Source: Pavona decussata
Taxonomy: Eukaryota
Direction: 5' to 3'
Assembly (NCBI GenBank): GCA_977016875.1
Contig: CDRNST010000027.1
Coordinates: forward strand, 1,984,001-2,048,000
DNA: 64,000 nt
How positions within the stretch are numbered: the stretch's first letter is position 1; every line of letters begins with the position of its first letter. The translations under genes were made by a program, and so were the position numbers. This document shows, one piece after another, positions 24,950-38,500 of this stretch. Under the pieces are notes generated by a model. That model searched no databases and was not told where the DNA came from. It saw only the letters and a program-made list of their open reading frames with translations.

Positions 24950-27900
24950 TCAATACACCATTTCATAGTGCATATCATTCCCGTTGCCTGTGCCAATGAG
25001 ATCATCTGGAAACTCTTTTGCTGTAGCGCTGTTTAGTTGACAAAAGTACTTGCCATCCGGCCGTTCACGTAAGTTAAATGATTGACAGCGGCAATTTCGG
25101 AGGCAGTATGACGTGCAGGCAAACTCGTCCCGAACTATATAATGGGTAATTTTGTGTCCCATCAGCCTCGAGTTCGCTTGAGTTGTGAACATTGCATCTG
25201 CGTCTGGAAAGAAGACACCTTTTTTAAATCATTCATTTCTCTAAAGCAACTTTAAAGCTATTTGAACCCTTTAAGCCCTAGCAGTTATCAGTGTCAAATT
25301 TCTCTTTTTAATATCAATGCTCAGTTCAAGCCTGAACTCATGAGAATTAAGGATATCATCACACAAGGTGAATTTTCTTGATATTATGATAACTTCTTCC
25401 CAGTACTTTTTAAAAAAAGTATGGGGACAAGATAGGACAAGACAAGAGAGGATGCCTCTCTTGGCTAAGACATTTCACATGAGAAGTGGTTCTGGAACGC
25501 GGAGCGACAAAATTAAACGTCTGAGTTGGTTATGGACGAGACACGTAGTAATTACTCAGTTATTTTCGTTTGATCGTCAAGAGAAAATTGGAAGACCTTT
25601 GGAGAGTCCGTTATACTTACACGAACCACTGCACGCCGAGGATCGGGTCGTCATGGTGGCGCCATTCCTTAGCATGGGTCCGATCATGTGTGCACACCAG
25701 TATAACACGTTTCCTCTGTTTAGGTCGCATGCGCGGTAAACGTTCTGTACTTCATCTCTAGTTAGGTATCTATTCCAGATGTTCAGGTTACTCAAGCTTC
25801 CATTCAAGTGGTTAGAGAACACACCTTGCTGTTTGTCCAACAGGGCACCGATTACCAAAGAACCCCCTCCTTTGAGCACTTTTTCTGAGTAACAAAATAA
25901 AAGGATTCTATAGCGTTCATTTCTGTTTTTCTCTGTCGGTTTTTTTCTTTTTGTTTTTCTTGGTTACGAGTTCGTGAGGAACTCCACTTCCCCGTGGAGA
26001 CTATACAGTTATGAAAGCTAGCTGCCTTTACTCGATTTTATTGCTCGGTGATTGGATTAAAAAGTAAAGGTCTAAATGACTTTCTTTCCTTGGTTTTGTT
26101 TTTACTCGTCCAAAAAATCGGGTGAAGGACATGAAATCGGACGACGGTTACCATTTCATAACAGTCATCGGATCTTGCACCACGTGACACGTTTCATCCA
26201 ATAAAACTGCGGGGAAATTAATCGATGAGTTACGGGGGCTAATAACTATCCAGAAGGGAACCAATCAAATCAGGCATTTGCTTCTATCCATGGGTAGCCA
26301 CCTCCTGGGGTAGTCTACATTAGTGTCTTACCTTGTCTATGTTGACGTGCCAATGTTTCGGCATGAACACCTTCGAAGTATACAATCGTTTCACGGTTAG
26401 ACTGGTCCCAAATCGTGCACACGTGATGCCAGTTCTGGTCCGTAAGGTCGATAGCAGGAAAACTGGAAAATCAAGTTAAAGCAAACGGAATGATCGTTAT
26501 GAAGAGGACGAGCAATCGCGAAGCTTGAATATTGAAAGAAATTGTAATACTGTAGTATTGAAACAAAACGAAATCGGTACAGGCGCAAACCCATTTATAT
26601 TTACGAAATGAGTCTGGTCAAATTTAAAGATTTTAACTTGTTCATTTGAAACCATGAACGTCCACACGTCCGGCAGAGTGCAATACTCTACTCTACTCTC
26701 AGAGATCAGGTAGTAGAGTATTGCACAGTTTCTGAAGTGTGTTTAGTAACCTCATTGCCTATTAAGAAAAGATTAGTATCTGATCACAAACTACAATGTT
26801 CCAAATTAAAGTAAAATAAATAGAAGTAACGTAAGCAGAGGCTTTCGATTGTTTATAAATAAAAAGCAAGGCTATAGTAACTGATGTAACTGAATGGGCG
26901 AGGCAAAAGGGGGGAGTCCCTTAGTATACGGTTAAATTAATTATCTGATGTAAAACTGATACAGTGAAACAAATTTTGATGAAAGGGCTCAACCGAAAAC
27001 AATTTTAAAATAGCTCTGAGCACTATCAAGGTGAGGAGAAGGTTAATTTTTATGAGGAGTGTTGAAAACTAAATGTTATTTGTGCACCGTAAATTTGAGC
27101 GTTAGCCCTTCGCTCCAAATTACTTTCCCCTCCCCCCCCCCCCGCACCGGGTGGAGGGGGGCTCCTATATAAAAGTGACGGGCAGGGTGATCGTCGAATA
27201 TTTCAACTCCTAAAAGGTACGACGATCATCCCCATCACTGTTATATGGGAGTTCCCCATCCCCCGCCAACAAAACTACCTTAACAACTCTGTTTCAAACC
27301 AAGCATTCCCATCAATTCAAGGTGAAGATTTACGTACACAATAGGCTCATCATCCATGTAGATATCTATCGCCGATCCATACGTTTCCAAGAGATACGCT
27401 TTTTGGAACTTAGAGTTGGTGTACGACAGCAAGGCCATTGACTTTGAACCAACAGCATTATGAAAGAGTTTCACCCAGAAACAAAACGAGAAAGACGTCA
27501 TGTCTGGAATATCATCAGTGATAGCATAACCGCCGCCAGACGAAGGTTGCGGAAAGTTAACATCGAACGGTTCTATGAAATGACAACAAAAAAACGAAGT
27601 TTTTAAAAAAAGCATTAGCTACCGCAATCCGCAAACTCATTAACAAGACTCCGCAAAGGAGGATCGGTCACTGTGGAACTTAAAAAATATTAACATTACC
27701 CATGCGTGGACTCGATATTTGACATGGATTCAAAATTGTTTATGGTTAAAAATGATATTTAACATTTTTTGCTTCCCCGCAGAAACAAATAAGTTCTTCG
27801 CTATTATTGTCTGTGCGCATGGACGGGACATTCGTAACAATAGCAAACATGATGTACGTCGTAACTCATTAGCGATCTACATCATCATTGCTAAATCTGT

Positions 27901-28809
27901 AAAGACATCACGCCAACTATAAAATAATTTTGAAAACAAGGTTGGTTCTTTCTTTGACGGTTTTTGAAGGGAAAGGACTTTCACACTGCCGTGCCAAGTA
28001 TAAAATTGACGTTTACAAGAATTTGGTGATGTCAAAAGAGGAAAGCCGTTCCTTCACGAGTCCGTACGAACGCTGTTCTCCATTACAGGGAATTAAGGTT
28101 CATTTGGTCCGAGTCAGAGTTTTGCAGTTAAAAATAACCCTCAGGAGTGCACAACGAACCCTACCCTACCCTGCTTCGATCACCAATACGGACGTAAAAG
28201 TCGTTTTCAAAGAATGAAACGAAGAGCCAGCGGATGGCTACTTTCTATGCCTCATGCCACTAGCGTGAGGTCAACACCACACAACTTTGCCCCACCAACT
28301 AAGGCCAAGTTAGTGATCGAGATATCTCCCGCTGGCATCGGAATCTTGGGCTAAGGACGATCACATAACTGTTATTATAACTACTAGGACGTTGTTGATA
28401 AGTTTGCGATGAAAAAATCAATCATTTACGCGCCACTAACTGGACCTAACTGACAACGCTATTTAGTTTGTGGCCTCTTGAAAACCGATCTCCGAAAAAG
28501 AACTGAATAATACAGACAGTCTTGTCTAATCATTTTCTGCCCGCGTTTGAGAAGTTCAAGTGCTTTTGTAAGTTAAACATTTTCTTGGTCTTTTGCAGAC
28601 TTTTCATGCTCTGTACAAACTCGTCAGTAACTACAAAAATTCATTGACACCACTGTTATTGTTGAAAAATTAAACTAACTGGGGGAGTTACAAAAAGAGA
28701 ACCTACCCGAATCACTGACTAAAGCGGATCCTCCTGATTGCACTGTAAGTGACGGAAGATTCCAACAAATCACCAAGAGGAAAATAAAACTGACTCGGAC
28801 TGATGCCAT
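24950..28809 (-). CDS. Secreted pentraxin+PAN protein, copy 3 (exons 28809-28707, 27572-27338, 26462-26332, 25884-25621, 25203-24950; 328 aa)
   Basis: Open reading across GT-AG introns with the same phases and motifs as copy 1. Confidence 0.9.
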
Positions 28810-31223
28810 GTGTAAGGTGCATCTTTCTTGGAGAACGCTTAACCTGAGTGACGTCATCAAACCGAACATGCTCAGGGGGCACGTGACCTATGCCTCTAAT
28901 CAAAACGATAAAGGAAAAACGAGATAAAACAAACAATATAAAAAAAGCAAATTAAAGAGAAAGAAAAAAAATAAAATGCTCTTTAGTCTAAAGAAAGGGA
29001 ATCCTTTATCCAGCCAAATATTGTTCACCACTTTTCTAGTGGTAACTGAACAAAATAAAAGTTAATATCTTTATTTTGCAAAAAAATCCTTGGCCAAACC
29101 GGCCTTGCGCTTACATATGATCAATTTTACGCTATACAAAGTTATGAATACTACGTTTTAGAAGAACGCAACGTTGTTTTGTCATTATATGAGACTGAAA
29201 TAAGGCACAACCGTGGAAATAATTATATAAATATAAAAAGTTTATACCTTGTCGTGTTCCGAGTTAACGATAATTCCGATCTGAAGAAGAATACAGCTCG
29301 TTGACAGAAATACAATGTATTTCCCCTACATTATCGTCCTCTTTGCGGCATTAGAAGAATACAGGCTGAAATACTTCCCCAGTTTTGACAGGAGCCAAGT
29401 ACAGTCTTTCTCAAACCAATATTAAATAATTACTTCAGGTGGAGAAATATTAGTAAGTTCACTCTGTGAACAGTTTGTCGAATTTAATTAAGCGTGGCCG
29501 TAGATAAATTAAAACCGAGGAAAAATGAGCAAACGAAATGTCAACTTTGTTAATATGTAGGAGGAAAGAAATCAACAGATATGTCTTGCAATGTACACAC
29601 AGCTGCTCATTTATGATAATAACTAGCGTTCTATGAGTTGTACAAAAATCATTCTCATTTTGTTGTTTTGGTTAAACATGCTTCGCGAAAATGCTAATAA
29701 TAACCTGAACAGTGAACACGCGTGGCAATCCTGAATCCATAAACTGAAGCGATGGATCTTCGAGCCCCTCCAGTAATATAATTGACGAGCGTCTATGTCT
29801 TGTCCCCATTTCGAGTTAAGTAAACAACGACAAAAAAAGTTCAGTGTGATTATTAAAAGTTAAATTAACGTTTGGCACTGAAAATAGTTTTTTTTACGCG
29901 ACATGAACAAACCAGAAAACAATACGTAAGTTTGTGATATAAATTCATGGCATTGAGTTAAACAAAAACCGTCTTGTCATTGTTCAGCAATAAAGGTGGT
30001 AAGGAAAACGCCACTATCCAAACAAGAATATAATTACATAGTCTCTGAATTGCTTGTGCAAGAGAACATTTTGACTCATTTTTATGACCATTTATTCGAG
30101 CAAAAACAATCAATGGAAATAGCTAGATACTGGAAATGAGCCTAACTTATTATAATCTAAACTGAGTCTTACAGGATTACTGATCATTACTGATAAGTGA
30201 TCATGTCATTTGTCAACTCCCTATTGTCCAATGGTCCAATTTGTTCTGAGAAAAGATAACTTCATGATAAGTATGCATACAGACGATAAAATACCGGAAT
30301 CAAAGAAATGGAGTAGATTTTCTTACGCCAGATTGCGCTCGACTTACTCATTTTGTGAGGTTACTTGCTCAATGTTGATGATTCGAGAACGTTCCCAGGA
30401 TGGGGGGAGGGGGAAATAAGTACTCCATACGGTGGGGATACAGAATACAGGGGAAGGGGGTCCACCCGAAAGGGGTAAATTTTTTTTCTTTTTCATTCTC
30501 CAAGTATGCGAAAGGCGGGGGAGGGATACACTGTAAACCGAAGGGGGAAATTGTTTGTTTTACGTGCATGAAAGGGGTACAATTTAAGTCAAAGTTGGTA
30601 TGTGAAAGGACAAGGGATTAACCTTCCGAGCGGAGCCTTCCCGTACGGAACTTTTCTGAGCCGCCCGGGATGGAAATGGGAATTATTTTTGCCGTCTTGT
30701 TGCAACTGTGCTGGGCATTACTGACTTAAAAAAAACACTGCTCTGAATCCCAAAATCACACGAAAGAGCTCAGTACATAGCGCTTTCTTTTGAACAGATA
30801 CACTCTAGTTTTATATAAGACCGTCTAAATTTGCATGGGGCTGAGACTGAACGTTATTTTTTTCTGTCAATTAAGTTATCTGTTATTAGTATTTCAATAA
30901 ATCGGCTATGCGGACGTGACCAAGATACCTGGCGATATGCGCCGTAATGTGGTGTCAATGTTAATGTTAAAATGTGTCCCTTTATCACTGGGGTTAATTG
31001 GACTGTATAGACTGAAGTTTTACATGCATTATTTTATCCGTATTTATACTGTTCATTTTAAAAACATTTGGTCGAAATAAAAATGCTCTAATAAGTAACT
31101 CTCAGCCTCGGTAATGTTCTTAGTATGTTCTTAAATTAAGTTAATCTCAGCCTCAACGTTCTTAGAAAAAAGGCTCCTAAAACATCAACAAAAAAAAAAT
31201 TAATAAATAAAGTGTAGCAGCTA

Positions 31224-31328
31224 GAAAACGAAATTTCATCCACCAGTAGATCGCTGCTGTCACTGTCAACCACCACTCATGTCATACAGTGACAGCAGGA
31301 TCTACTAGTGGATAAAATTTCATTTTCA
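31224..31328. repeat. Imperfect ~105-bp hairpin (MITE-like)
   Basis: GAAAACGAAATTTCATCCACCAGTAGATCGCTGCTGTCACTGT pairs with ACAGTGACAGCAGGATCTACTAGTGGATAAAATTTCATTTTC. Confidence 0.7.
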
Positions 31329-31886
31329 AAACAATATCTTGTATTTACTTTCGGTTAATACGCAGGTGTGAAATTCTCAGGTGAATGTCAGGCACTGTTT
31401 GTTTAATGGTCACGTTCCCTGCCCGGAACGAAATGTAAATTTTACAAACAGACCCTTAGACACCAATTCCATGTTTTCTTTTGGCTACTTTTCAATATTT
31501 AGCAGTAATAATAAAATATATTATTCATTGTTTGATTTTGTGTCATGGATTATTGTATAAAGTCACTCTAAACAACCACATTTACAAGTTGTTGGGTTAA
31601 CCCTTGCCAAATGAGAATCAGTATGCAATAACAATAATTAAGATACCTACACTAAAACTTTGCCACCGATGTATGAAATGCCCTAGACATTACTCTAAGA
31701 GAGACACCCACCATACATGTAGTTGCATTTAGGTGTGGCTTGCCCAAAGCCAAATTTAATTCATACTTTGAACTATTTCCAGTATATATTTATCATAAAT
31801 TTTAGCATGTAATTAATCTAACTTTATCTCCTTTCTTTATTTATTCTTATCTATTGATAGTCACTTTATTTTTAGTGAAGGTGTTA

Positions 31887-32070
31887 CAGTCGAGCCTCCC
31901 ATAAGTGCACACCCTTGGGACCCAGAAAAAGTGCTCGCTTAAGAGAGGTGTCCGCTTATGGGAGGTTAAAAATGTAGTGATTGACAAGTATGTAGCTAAG
32001 AACATGACCAAGTGTCCGCTTATGAGAGGTGTCCACCTATGAGAGGTGTCTGTTAGTGGAGGTTTGACTG
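31887..32070. mobile_element. Tc1/mariner-type MITE with TA TSD
   Basis: TA|CAGTCGAGCCTCC...GGAGGTTTGACTG|TA with internal repeats of GTGTCCGCTTATG(A/G)GAGGT. Confidence 0.75.
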
Positions 32071-32569
32071 TACTTAGGTCTTAATTGAGTACCTTTCTGT
32101 AAATGATTTTGCTATGTAGGCTTCCCCTTTAAAGATTTATTGTTAGCACTTGCCAAATGAGAATCAGTGCACAAAAATAATATTAAGATACCTCCAAAGA
32201 ACAACAACAGTAAGAACTACAAAGAAACAAACAAAGAGCAGTTACAAACAGCTAGTGGTTTCAACTCCACCAGCCTACATGTATGTGGTCCTTGAAGAAG
32301 GAATGTTATGGTTTAAATAGTCTGGGAAGAAGTCAGCCCACTCTACCTCCCTCCCATACGTTGACCTTTCTACACCTACAGGTATAATTTAATATCGTGA
32401 ATGCCAAATTTACTTATTTCACATACAGTATCACTGTATGTGAAATAAGGAGTATGAATGCATGAGTGGGGTACACATTCCATTTTATTACAGTTTTAAA
32501 TCACCCCTCCCCCCCCCCCTCCCACAAAGAGACAGAAAAAATTAAAGTTAGTGGTTGGCAAAATAGTCA

Positions 32570-35500
32570 TCATCTAGCTCCTTTAATTTTGTCCATCATT
32601 GCCTCCTTTAATTCAGAAGGTTTAAAGACTCCATATTCTGTGATAATGCCTCCTGTAATTAGCTCTGCTGGTGTGATGTCAAAACCTGGATTCCAGCAAC
32701 CAATCCCATGAGCTGCAATTTGCACATCACCAACTGTAGTCAGCTCGTGATGAGGCCTTTCTTCAATCTCAATTTGGTGGCCACTCTCAAGATTGAGGTC
32801 TATGCTGGTAGAGGGTGACGCGACGTAAAAAGGAACCATATGGTATTTGGCTGAAAACAAGGAAAGGATCTATTGATGTTCAAGGCAATAACACAACTAA
32901 ATTTGACAACCAAAGATGTAGACTTGATGATCACAGCTTAACTGCTGGTATTAACAAATGCAGACTGACCAGTTTCATTACATTGAGAAAAGATTTAAAA
33001 GTCTTGCGTTCTACCAAAAAGTGTGACTTTCTTTCAAACTCAGAAACAGGTGCAGGTAAAACCTTACATGTCATCAAAACTGGACTGAGGTGAACAAAAA
33101 AGGGACCTTATGACACCATTAACATGCCAATCTTGAGCTACTGTGTACGGTCAGTTTAAGATAGTTGAACCACACGGACTCCTCAGAATGTGCAGTTTCA
33201 GAAAATATCCATACTCCCCTCCACAGAAAGGTGTTTGTTTTGCACATCCCCGCTCCCCATAGGAAATTCCAGTTTAGCTTCATACTTAGCTTCTAAAATT
33301 TTGACTTTCAAGATCCCCCTCCCGCTTGGAATTTCCGATGACCTTCCATGGGGTGGGTACGGATTTTTTCTAAAACTGCACAGTACACTTGTACATGTGT
33401 TCAACAACTTTGAAAAATTCAGTACACTTTTCAATCACTGAAAAATCCCACAGGCACCATTAACACAGTCATCATTACGTACCACACAATGATTGTACCT
33501 ACCAGCTATAGCTATTTGATAAGTACCAATCTTGTTTGCTGTGTCACCGTTAGCAACCACTCTGTCAGCACCAACAACAACTGCATGTATCCCTTTTGTT
33601 TTCATAAGCAATGACACCATGGAATCTGCAACTAAAGTTGATGGAATCTTCTCATAAACCAGTTCATAAGCTGTAAGCCTCGAGCCTTGATTGTAAGGCC
33701 TTGTTTCAGTGCAGAACACGTGATCAATACAGCCTTTCTCGTACAAGCTTCTGATGACACCTAAAGCAGTCCCGTAGCCCGCTGTTGCAAGAGAGCCAGT
33801 GTTGCAATGAGTGAGTACCTTCAGCTTGTCGGCATTTGTCTGCTGTACCATGTGTTCGGCTCCATACCGTCCAACAGTTTGGTTATCTCTTACATCTTTC
33901 GCCAACATCCCTTCTATTTCCTGAACAACTTTCTTCTTTATATCTTCAGTGTCTTTTGTTACTGAGGACAAATGCGTAACAAGTGATATTAGTTCCCTTG
34001 CAGTGTCTGATATATTCACAGCTGTTGGTCTTGCTGTTGTAAGATATTCCATCTTCTCTGTAACAAACTGTACAAGTTCCTCCACTGAGCTGAATGACCT
34101 TGGCAGCATCTCTACTATCAAACTCAGGGAACCGACAATAGCAATGGCAGGCGCACCACGCACCTGGAACAAAAATGCAATGTCATAAACACCATTCAAA
34201 CTATCTTGAGGTGTATAATACGATAAAAATTTTGATACACCCAATTGAAAAAATGTTGTCCCGTGCAAAGTGTGAACCATACAACCTGGAGGAATTATGG
34301 GGTGATCTTATACATATAATGCGCATGTTTTGTGTTGTTCTCTTGTCCATATTTCTCAAAGCTTAAAATCAGCATGTGCTGTTATTTTCTAGCAAGAAGA
34401 ATGCAAATAGGCTCATACAGGTAGGTCAAAGGTCCTGACACCCTTGCCTTACAGGGTGCTTGAGTGTTCCAGATAACTTTCAAAATCAGAGAGTCAAGGA
34501 ATAATTTTGAGGGGTCAATAGCTGTGGTTCTCTCTTAATCTCCTTAAGTCTATACCATTCATTTTGTCGGGTCAGGAAGCCAGGCTTGTCAGGTTTTTGA
34601 CCTGAGACCCCTCTTTTATCTGAAACAATGGTGCTTACATGGATAATGGTTGGACGTCTATTCTGGTAAATGGCATCTAAAAACTTGAAACATGTACATC
34701 ACAATTTACAAATGTACATAAACTGGTTTTATGAGTTGACATAGGAATTAGTTTTCAGACCGGGGGGTATAAATCTCTCTGTCTGGTATGGCTACTGGGG
34801 TGAACTTACTTTGGTATGACTTACTATAAAATTTTAGTAATAGACCAGTACCATGTAATTTATGTTCACTATATACATGCAGAAATGCAAGAGGGGGATG
34901 GAATGAACTCATGATAATAGCTAAATGTGAAAAGTGATCTGCTATCATGTAAGCATCCCTTTAATTGTTGGGAGGTTCAAGCACAAAGTAATTCCATTAA
35001 TTTCTCATTTTGCTGTTAACCAGCTAATTTACCTGTAATGTATCAACACATAAAGTTAAACCTCCATTTGTTTAAAATAGTTTATTTCATCACACTTCAA
35101 AAATTGACAATAAGCACTCATCAGTTACGAGTAAAATGAGACAAATAATTTACGCATTAATAAATTTTATTTTAAACAAGTCAATCATCCCAAGACCAAC
35201 TATATTTCAATGGTAGTCAAATAACATTATAAAAGGAAACAATCCAGTACTCTAACAGTGATACGAAAGTGCTCAAGCGGTTGTTATCAAGCTGCATGTC
35301 TGATGGTATACTGTATACCATACACCAAGATAGCAGTATGGTACTGTTACATGTATACAGCTGATTCGACAAAGGTTGTCTAAAAAAAGCATAAAAGCGT
35401 ACGCGACAATGCCGAAAGGTTGTCTGGGAAATACCCAATAAATTTCAATAAAAGCTCAGAATCCATAATGCCTCGACCGTACAGCGAAGACTTGAGATGG

Positions 35501-38500
35501 CGGGCAATATGGATGAAAGAGTTTCTAGGATACAGCGTTGACGAGGTAGCGGCTGCTTTGTACATGTCGCCAAAAACCATTCTTCGCTACGTATCAAAAT
35601 GCCTGAATTCTGGAGAAGTGAAAGCAGAGACTTTGGGACGACCGATGAATAGTTTTCTTATGCATCCGCACGTGGAGTTTGTAATAATGGAAGCGGTACT
35701 TGACCACCCGGAAAAAACCCTCTCAGAAATTGCCCAGAATGTCTACGAACAGACAGGGTCAGAACGTGCTCTTTCGAGCATATTGCTGTATTTAAAACGG
35801 AACCGTTTTAGCCGAAAAAAGGTTTGTCACATATTTTTTGTCAGTGCTATATTTTGATTTTTCCCTGCTTATGTAAATTTAAGAAAAAACATGTTATTGT
35901 TATTATTTTTATTATTATAATCACTCATTGTTTTTTTAAAAGCTAATAACCATTCATTGGTTTTAAAAGCTCACAGCAAGTGCCCTTCAAAGATCTGAAG
36001 CAGACAGAGTACTTTTCAGGTCTAATGTTTGTCTCCTGGATCCTGAGATGTTGGTGTTCTTGGATGAAAGCGGATTTGTATGTGTTTGTTTGCTGTCTGA
36101 CACAGCATTTCGTTCTCTCTTTTACTATTACTTAGCCCTGATCGTTTAGTGGTCTCACTTTTTTTTATTTCATCAGGACAAAAGACTTAAACGTACATAT
36201 GGATATAGCCCGATCGGCAAAAGAGCTGCACTGAAACGTATGGCGCAGAACTGGGGACCGCGCATAACTGCCATTCCTATTATTTGTACAGAAGGAATGA
36301 TTGATCTTGGTGTTTTTCAGGGGAACGTCAATGGGGCAACATTTGAAGACTTTTTGGATGAAAAGCTATGCCCCAACTTGCTTCCATTTAATGGAATCAA
36401 CCCGCGATCAGTGGTCATAATGGGTACGATAGAATCTTTGGCAGCATTAGGACTTTTATCGAATTGTAAAATAATTGTTTCCACCCTTGTCCAAATTCTC
36501 TATTAAAAACATCATTGTAAAAAGCCCTCTCTCATGAATTCATTTCTTCCCTTATTTCTTATTTGTCTGTTAGATAACGCGGCCATCCACCACACGCAAG
36601 CAGCGATTGACGCAATCAATGCAACGGGAGCAGTTGTTGTTTTTCTTCCCCCCTACAGTCCTGATTTTATGCCGTGTGAGGAACTCTTTGGACAAGTAAA
36701 GAGCTGGATCAGGGAAAACGATGTGGCCTGGCAATTTTGCATGGATCCAGAACTTATGGTTGAAGAAGCGTTTCTTCAAGTCACGGATGAAGAAATCAGA
36801 AACTATATTCGGCATACAGAGTATTTTTAATGACTTTTGTTTGCAACAGTTACTATTCATGTAAATTATGAATTTGGTTTTAATTACAAAGAACTCAGTT
36901 CTGCCAACAGCTTGTCCTTCTGTGAAGCGAACTCATTTTCGTCAAGAACACCATTGTCGTTCAAAATCTTAAGGTCCTTCAGCTGCTGAAGGATTGCACT
37001 ACGGATACGTGTCTAAACCAAAAAGAAATCAGCTGATTAATTAAAACTGAATACATGAAGACATAAAAAATCCACCTGTAGGATAAATGTTAAGGCTTAA
37101 AGGTTCTTACCTTTTTTTCAACGTCCGTAGAATTCCCAGTGAATTCATTGTTGGATGGTTGAGTGTGATTGACCAAACATCTCGCCTTCCCAGTAAAAAA
37201 TGGGACGTCTGGAGGGTTGTCTTCGTTGTCGTGGGTTCCGTTTACCTGAAACAAAAAAACAATACTAATACCTGCATTTTAATAGCCACATTAATGAGCT
37301 CCAGGCGTTATGAGCAGCAGTTAATATATTGTTGTTTGCTTCAAAATTTGTAAAATAGTATGTACAGTAGGTATCAAGCAATATTTTCAGGAAAATCAGA
37401 GATAAATGATGCGGAGGAAAGAAATATAACATTCTACTTGCTTCCCGATTATTAAACGCTTTGATCAGTGCACGATAAAGCGTGCGTTACTCCACGTGCA
37501 ATTCATGCTTTTTTGTACGTTTGTCCAAAATTTATATGAGTAGTTACCAAATTTCTTCAACTCCTACTTTAAAAGATAATATTCAAACAAGGTTACAAAA
37601 ATGTTGTATTCTAATGATGAGAATTAAATATGCCTTAGCTGACTGGAAATGATCCGCGGGAAATTTAAATTTTCCTCACCATCATTCGCGCCCAGCAACG
37701 TAACTTGAATTCTGGAAGCTTGTGTTTTTTTCGCAGTCTCGACAAGCAAGCGTCATAGCTACTCTCTCCTCTTTCGTCATCATCTTCTTCACTTCCACTC
37801 ACCGCAGTACTGCAGCTGGGCTTAACTAAGTTTAGTAAATGATAACGGACAGTGAAAAAAATAAGAACATGCAGTTGACCTTCAAGTGAGGCAGAACGCG
37901 CCTTGTTTTATAGCGTTTGTAAACAATACCTTTCCTCTTTTTTCCTGGAAGAACTTTTGGAGGGTCTTTATGTGGGTCCACCCACAAGGTTATGATGCCG
38001 TTTTTTGCCAAGGATAACGCCTCAGCAAGCTGGATCTCCGATGATATGGAGTACTTTTTCTTTCCGTCGGCGTAGTACCCAATTTGGAATGTTGTGTCTG
38101 ACGCGGGAGCGATTTCCCCTCTGCAGTTCTCGAGGAGGTATTGCTTTAAAGTGAACACATTCTCACATAAGGGCACGCCCTTTACTGAATAGGTGTCGTA
38201 CCTACTCTTGTTTGTTTCCTTTAACACGCGCAGACAAATATTCATAGTTCCGCCTTCCATCGCGCTGAAAACTCGTGAACTTGACGATGAAACAGTAAAC
38301 TACCCCAACCCATAATGCCTTTCGGTATTGTCGCGTACGCTTTTATGCTTTTTTTAGACAACCTTTGTTGAATCAGCTGTATATGGGGCTATGTCAACCT
38401 CAATTGATCAAGTTGTTGAGAATACAAAATTGATTTGTAATGGGAAAGCTTTTGGTGTCTCTTACGGAATCTTCATCAACTGGCCTGGCACTGGCTCATC

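Larger units (their letters stand above)
3565..29712. repeat. Head-to-tail tandem triplication; units ~3565-13460, ~13460-22750 and ~22750-29712
   Basis: The block ...CCTAGAAT(T/A)AGATACA...AACAGCAAAAAAGAA(G/A)GCTAAAAGCGAGATTATG recurs at ~3570, ~13465 and ~22760. Collinear similarity runs through the genes and spacers and ends at ...TAACCTGAACAG (29712). Confidence 0.93.
35358..38379 (+). mobile_element. Apparently intact IS630/Tc1/mariner transposon (3022 bp, 62-bp TIRs, TA TSD) with two convergent genes, in MRI1 intron 1
   Basis: TA|CAGCTGATTCGACAAAGGTTGTC...CCGAAAGG (35358-35419) and its reverse complement at 38318-38379|TA, with 2 mismatches. Confidence 0.95.

Noticed and set aside
33435-34280. 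281-aa ORF as a complete gene
   Set aside because: Only 34163-33503 is MRI1 exon 2; both ends are intronic read-through.
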